Of a stretch of 64,000 nucleotides of DNA, positions 59,894-64,000 are shown in pieces; within the stretch, counting starts at the first letter, position 1; every line of letters begins with the position of its first letter. This stretch comes from an uncultured Woeseiaceae bacterium (GTDB taxonomy: Bacteria > Pseudomonadota > Gammaproteobacteria > Steroidobacterales > Woeseiaceae): the NCBI GenBank assembly GCA_947259285.1, contig CAMYMR010000003.1, positions 318 to 64,317 on the forward strand, given 5' to 3'. Made by a program: the position numbers and the translations under genes. The notes beneath the pieces were generated by a model that did no database searches, was not told the origin of the DNA, and worked only from the letters and a program-made list of their open reading frames with translations.

Positions 59894-60421
59894 TCAGTTC
59901 TTCGCGCGCTCGATTGCCTCGACGATGAGCTGCCTGGCCTTGTCCGCGCCGTGCCAATCGCCCATTTTGACCCATTTCCCGGGCTCCAGGTCTTTGTAGT
60001 GCTCGAAGAAATGCTCCACCTGCTGAATCGTGATTTCAGGAAGATCCGAATACTCGAAAACGGCATCGTAGCGTTTGCTGACCGCGTGTGACGGAACCGC
60101 AATAATTTTCTCGTCCTGCCCGGCATTATCCTCCATGATTAGCACGCCGACGGGTCGCACGTTGATTAGACAACCGGGCACCAGTTGCCGCGTGTTGACG
60201 ACCAGTACGTCAATTGGATCACCGTCTTCGGACAAGGTGTGCGGAACGAAGCCGTAGTTCCCCGGGTAAGCCATTGGCGTATACAGGAACCGATCGACGA
60301 CCAGGGTGCCGGCGTCTTTATCCAGCTCGTACTTGATCGGCTGACCGCCCAACGGGACTTCGATAATGACGTTAATGTCGTCCGGTGGTTTGTGGCCGAT
60401 GGCGATGGCGTCGATGCGCAT
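59894..60421 (-). CDS. ppa: Inorganic diphosphatase
   Basis: 175 aa with [17 protein letters not shown]...[21 protein letters not shown]. Confidence 0.95.
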   Translation of the reverse strand: MRIDAIAIGHKPPDDINVIIEVPLGGQPIKYELDKDAGTLVVDRFLYTPMAYPGNYGFVPHTLSEDGDPIDVLVVNTRQLVPGCLINVRPVGVLIMEDNAGQDEKIIAVPSHAVSKRYDAVFEYSDLPEITIQQVEHFFEHYKDLEPGKWVKMGDWHGADKARQLIVEAIERAKN

Positions 60422-60539
60422 GATTCGATTTCCTCGTTAGTGACCGTTCAGGACGGGGAACAGCCTATCGCGAACGCCAGTAGGCCGTTACGAAATGCAG
60501 TATATTGGCTATCTTCCCGTGAGCAAGAACGATCATCAG

Positions 60540-62306
60540 ATGAACTTGTCGAGATTCGCCGGCGCAGTGCTGGCCTGTACGCTAATTATCGGATGCGCGC
60601 CGTTTGATTCGCCCAGGCGCGATGCTGACCGGCCGGCGGAGGTTGACATTCGCGACGCCGCTGCCCCCTGGCAACGGGGCGCCATCGTCACCGCAGCGAA
60701 TCCTCATGCGGTTGCGGCCGCCGTCGAGGTTTTGGAGAAAGGCGGCCACGCAGTGGAGGCGGCGATCGCGGCACATGCGGTGCTTGGTCTCGTCGAACCG
60801 CAGAGTTCCGGCCTGGGCGGTGGGGCATTCATGCTTGTTTACGAACGTGCCGGCGGCGACCTGACCTTTCTGGACGGCAGGGAATCTGCACCTGCAGGCG
60901 CCACGGTCGACATGTTCGTTCGTGACGGCGAAGCCATGAGCTTTCTGGATGCCTGGCAGAGCGGCCTGGCCGTGGGCGTCCCCGGCGCGGTCGCGCTGTA
61001 CAAGCGCGCGCATGACGACTACGGCAAGCTGCCGTGGGCCGAGCTGTTCGAGCCCGCCATTCGACTTGCCGAGCTAGGCTTCAAAGTGTCTCCGCGCATG
61101 GCCAAATCGCTGGTCTATGTGGCGCCTATCGGCCGACTCGACGAGAATCCCGACACGGCGGCGTACTTTTTTCCGAACGGACAACCGCTGCAGGTCGGAC
61201 ACTTGCTGCGGAACCCGGAGTATGCGGCAACACTTCGCCGTATCGCGGCAGAAGGCATCGAGGCGTTTTACACGGGCGAGATCGCCGAGGCGATCGCAAA
61301 GGCGGCCCAGGCAGAACCACTCGGCGGCACTCTATCGGTTGAAGACATCGCCAGCTACGAGGTCATCGAGCGCCCCGTTATCTGTGGCAGGTTCAGAGTG
61401 CAGAAGATCTGCACAACATCGCCGCCGTCGTCGGGCATTGCGCAGATCATGATTGCCGGAATTTATGATCACCTTGTGACGGCGGCGACGACGCAGCAGG
61501 ACAAAGTCGCGGCATTTGTCGACGCACAGCGACTCGCTTACGCCGACCGCGATCATTATATCGGCGACCCCAGGTCAGTCAGCATTCCAATCGATGATCT
61601 GCTGCATCCGGACTATATTCGTCACCGTGCCGGCGAGCGATTCGCGCCGGCGGAGACGCCCCGTCATGGCGATCCTGGTGAGGTGCTGCGTGACAGGCCG
61701 ATTGCACATTTACTGGGCCCTGATAAGACCCGCGAGGCGCCCGGGACGACTCATCTGTCGATTATCGACGGTCAGGGCAATGCCGTGGCAATGACCGCTA
61801 CCGTCGAGTTCTACTTCGGTTCCGGGCGCTGGGCGCACGGCTTCCTGCTGAATAACGAGATGACCGATTTTGCGCGCGAACCGTCAGCCGACGGCAAACC
61901 CGTTGCGAACGCGATTGTCCCCGGGAAGCGGCCGCGGTCTTCTATGTCGCCGACGATGGTATTCGATCAGGATGACGAAATCGTCATGGTCACGGGGTCC
62001 CCGGGCGGCAATTCGATTCCGGCCTACGTTTCGAAGACGATTGTTGCGGTGCTGGACTGGGGCATGTCCGCCCAGGAAGCCGTCGATTTCCCAAACATCG
62101 TGGCACGTGGCGACAAGGTTCGCGTCGAAGTGGCCGCCTCGCCCGGGCGGGCTCTCGCTTCGGATCTCAGAGATCGCGGCTACACCGTGGAGGAGCGTGA
62201 GGGCGAGAATTCTGGCCTGCACGTAATTGTTGTCCGGCCGGACCGGCTGGATGGCGCCGCCGACAAGCGCCGCGAAGGCATCGTCCGGACAATTAGCGTG
62301 CGCTGA
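60540..62306 (+). CDS. ggt: Gamma-glutamyltransferase (lipoprotein-type signal)
   Basis: Start chosen at ATG 60540 (MNLSRFAGAVLACTLIIGC). SGLGGGAFM is present, as is the autoprocessing Thr in PGTTHLSIID. Confidence 0.88.
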   Translation: MNLSRFAGAVLACTLIIGCAPFDSPRRDADRPAEVDIRDAAAPWQRGAIVTAANPHAVAAAVEVLEKGGHAVEAAIAAHAVLGLVEPQSSGLGGGAFMLVYERAGGDLTFLDGRESAPAGATVDMFVRDGEAMSFLDAWQSGLAVGVPGAVALYKRAHDDYGKLPWAELFEPAIRLAELGFKVSPRMAKSLVYVAPIGRLDENPDTAAYFFPNGQPLQVGHLLRNPEYAATLRRIAAEGIEAFYTGEIAEAIAKAAQAEPLGGTLSVEDIASYEVIERPVICGRFRVQKICTTSPPSSGIAQIMIAGIYDHLVTAATTQQDKVAAFVDAQRLAYADRDHYIGDPRSVSIPIDDLLHPDYIRHRAGERFAPAETPRHGDPGEVLRDRPIAHLLGPDKTREAPGTTHLSIIDGQGNAVAMTATVEFYFGSGRWAHGFLLNNEMTDFAREPSADGKPVANAIVPGKRPRSSMSPTMVFDQDDEIVMVTGSPGGNSIPAYVSKTIVAVLDWGMSAQEAVDFPNIVARGDKVRVEVAASPGRALASDLRDRGYTVEEREGENSGLHVIVVRPDRLDGAADKRREGIVRTISVR

Positions 62307-62439
62307 TTGGGACACGCGAAGCGACCACGCACGCGAAACTGACAATCAATTTTTTCGACTGGAATACGTCGCCGGATTCACGAGTGGCGACATCGCGAAC
62401 AGCGCGGGAATCTCGAGTCGGATTGTCGTGGTCGTCCCC

Positions 62440-62579
62440 TCTAGCAGCCTGTTGATAAAGTAGTAAGCTCTGCGTTGCGCCTCTCGTAAAGGTGCCCAAC
62501 CTGTACGTCGAGACGCGCCTTGATCGCAATTCTGAGCATGTAACTGAGCCTCCAAATACTTTATCAACAGGCTGCTAGA
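62440..62579. repeat. 140-bp element bounded by 23-bp perfect inverted repeats (MITE-like or long-stem RNA)
   Basis: TCTAGCAGCCTGTTGATAAAGTA at 62440..62462 is the exact reverse complement of 62557..62579. The interior contains a GCGC-C-TCTCG / CGAGA-C-GCGC hairpin. The right arm covers the stop codon of the MBL-fold gene. Confidence 0.7.
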
Positions 62580-63960
62580 TCTGAATGGTCTGGCCTCGCT
62601 CGGCGATAAAGACTGGTGCATCGAGATCGGCGCGCATTTTTCCGGCAAGGGCCTTCTGCGCGGCGGGTTCGCCGTGAACCAGGTACGCAGGCGGGCGGCC
62701 CTGAAACGTGTCGTACCAGGCAATCAGGTCCGCCTGATCACCGTGGGCTGACAGTCCACCGATTGTGTGCAGCTGGCAGCGCACGCGAAACTCCTCACCG
62801 TAGAGTTTGATCGTCTCGGCGCCGTCGACGAGCCGCCTGCCGAGCGTACCGTAGGCCTGGAAACCGACGATAAGAAGGTGACATTCGGCCCGCCATACGT
62901 TGTTTTTCAGATGATGCAAAATCCGGCCGCCGCTGCACATGCCGCTACCCGCGATTACGATCGCCCCGGATTCGATCTCGTTGATGCGCATGGACGCTTC
63001 CGGCGTCAAGGTCTGGTGAAAGTTAGGCAGGTCGGGCAGGTTTGAGTCAGGACCAAATAGCTTTGCGCCATACAGATGCCGGTACCGGGCGTAGGTGGCG
63101 GTCGCCTCGATTGCCATCGGGCTATCGAGGTAAATCTGCCATCTATCCAGCTGCCAGCGTTCGAAATTCTCGGCCATCAGGTACAGCAGATCCTGCGTTC
63201 GCCCGACGGTGAATGCCGGTATCAATACGTTACCCGAGTCGGCGCGTGCGGCGGCAAAGACGGCCGTCAGCTCCTCCATCGTCTGGTCAAATGGCCGATG
63301 CAGGCGATCGCCGTAGGTGCTCTCGAGCAGGACCGTATCGGCCTGCGGCAGTGCTGCCGGCGGGTCCATGACCGGCGCGTCGCGGTAGCCCAGGTCACCG
63401 CTGAATACCAGCGTGCGGCTGCCGCTGTCCTCGGTATAGGTCAGTTCGACGATGGCGGAACCGAGAATATGTCCGGCATCGAAGAACCGTAGCGTCAAGC
63501 CTGGCGCTACGGTTATCTCGTCACCATAGGCGACACCTTCGAAGAGCTTCAAACTGGCTTCGGCATCCTCGAGCGTGTATAGCGGCTTGATGAATGCCTG
63601 GCCTTTCCTCCGCCGTTTGCGATTTTCCCATTCTGCATCTTTTTCATTCAGATAGCCGGAGTCCGGCAGCATGATCTCGCAGAGCGCTTTGGTTGCGTTC
63701 TGCACATAAACGGGCCCCTCGTAGCCCTGTTTGGCTAGTAGTGGCACTCGACCCGAATGGTCGATATGCGCATGGCTCAGGATCACGGCGTCAATGTCGC
63801 CAACATCGACTGGAAATGGATCGGCATTGCGACGTTCGTTATCGGCGCCGCCCTGAATAAGCCCGCATTCCAACAGCACAAGGTGCGGGCCCGCACGTAC
63901 GACATACAGCGAGCCGGTGACCTCACCCGTCGCCCCAACGAACTGCAGCTCGAACGTCAT
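62575..63960 (-). CDS. MBL-fold metallo-hydrolase of the beta-CASP RNA-metabolising type
   Basis: HAHIDHSG metallo-beta-lactamase motif, followed by beta-CASP-like motifs (ESTYGDR, SAHGD). 461 aa. Confidence 0.8.
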   Translation of the reverse strand: MTFELQFVGATGEVTGSLYVVRAGPHLVLLECGLIQGGADNERRNADPFPVDVGDIDAVILSHAHIDHSGRVPLLAKQGYEGPVYVQNATKALCEIMLPDSGYLNEKDAEWENRKRRRKGQAFIKPLYTLEDAEASLKLFEGVAYGDEITVAPGLTLRFFDAGHILGSAIVELTYTEDSGSRTLVFSGDLGYRDAPVMDPPAALPQADTVLLESTYGDRLHRPFDQTMEELTAVFAAARADSGNVLIPAFTVGRTQDLLYLMAENFERWQLDRWQIYLDSPMAIEATATYARYRHLYGAKLFGPDSNLPDLPNFHQTLTPEASMRINEIESGAIVIAGSGMCSGGRILHHLKNNVWRAECHLLIVGFQAYGTLGRRLVDGAETIKLYGEEFRVRCQLHTIGGLSAHGDQADLIAWYDTFQGRPPAYLVHGEPAAQKALAGKMRADLDAPVFIAERGQTIQI

Positions 63961-64000
63961 CAGACCGCCTCCCCAACCCTGAACGTGGCGTATGCCACGT

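Noticed and set aside
63983-64000. Palindrome ACGTGGC-GTAT-GCCACGT upstream of the MBL-fold gene
   Set aside because: It touches the window edge and its context is not visible. It could be a terminator of an unseen upstream gene or an operator, and I cannot evaluate it.

Overview
This is a GC-rich, densely coding bacterial chromosome segment with about 58 protein genes and 4 tRNA genes. Gene order suggests a Pseudomonas-like gammaproteobacterium (inference). The minus-strand block prmB-aroC-asd-like-fimV-truA-accD-folC-SPOR-cvpA-purF spans 7.9-20.4 kb. Other core genes are SCO/PCuAC-psd-epmA, efp, parE-parC, xseB, nrdR-ribD-ribE-ribBA-ribH-nusB-thiL-pgpA, glyA, ettA, purL, acs, ppa and ggt. 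I saw no CRISPR array, rRNA, transposase or integrase, and most of the window is ordinary housekeeping. The strongest signal is in the tRNA operon Pro-Arg-His-Lys (3.66-4.63 kb, minus strand). There the tRNA-Arg(UCU) gene is split in its anticodon loop by a 396-nt insert with group I intron hallmarks, and a degenerate tRNA-His-like element sits between tRNA-His and tRNA-Lys. Other points of interest follow. (a) A stand-alone octaheme lipoprotein cytochrome lies next to a Crp/Fnr regulator, with a perfect TGA-N6-TCA palindrome upstream. (b) There is an unusual set of signalling proteins: a receiver-like/Ser-Thr kinase that looks frameshifted, a Ser/Thr kinase fused to a cNMP-binding domain, an orphan TagH-like FHA protein, and a FimX-like degenerate GGDEF-EAL protein beside a second FimV paralogue behind a perfect CRP box. 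(c) A rubrerythrin / CCG Fe-S / DUF3501 operon of unknown function is present. (d) A zinc-ribbon plus DUF4145-like singleton sits between ettA and purL. (e) A REP-like hairpin occurs three times at convergent gene ends, and a 140-bp element is bounded by 23-bp perfect inverted repeats. (f) There are several annotation-level oddities: a probable ATT start for truA, a gene remnant after epmA, and corrected start sites. All calls come from reading the sequence and translations. No database search was run.
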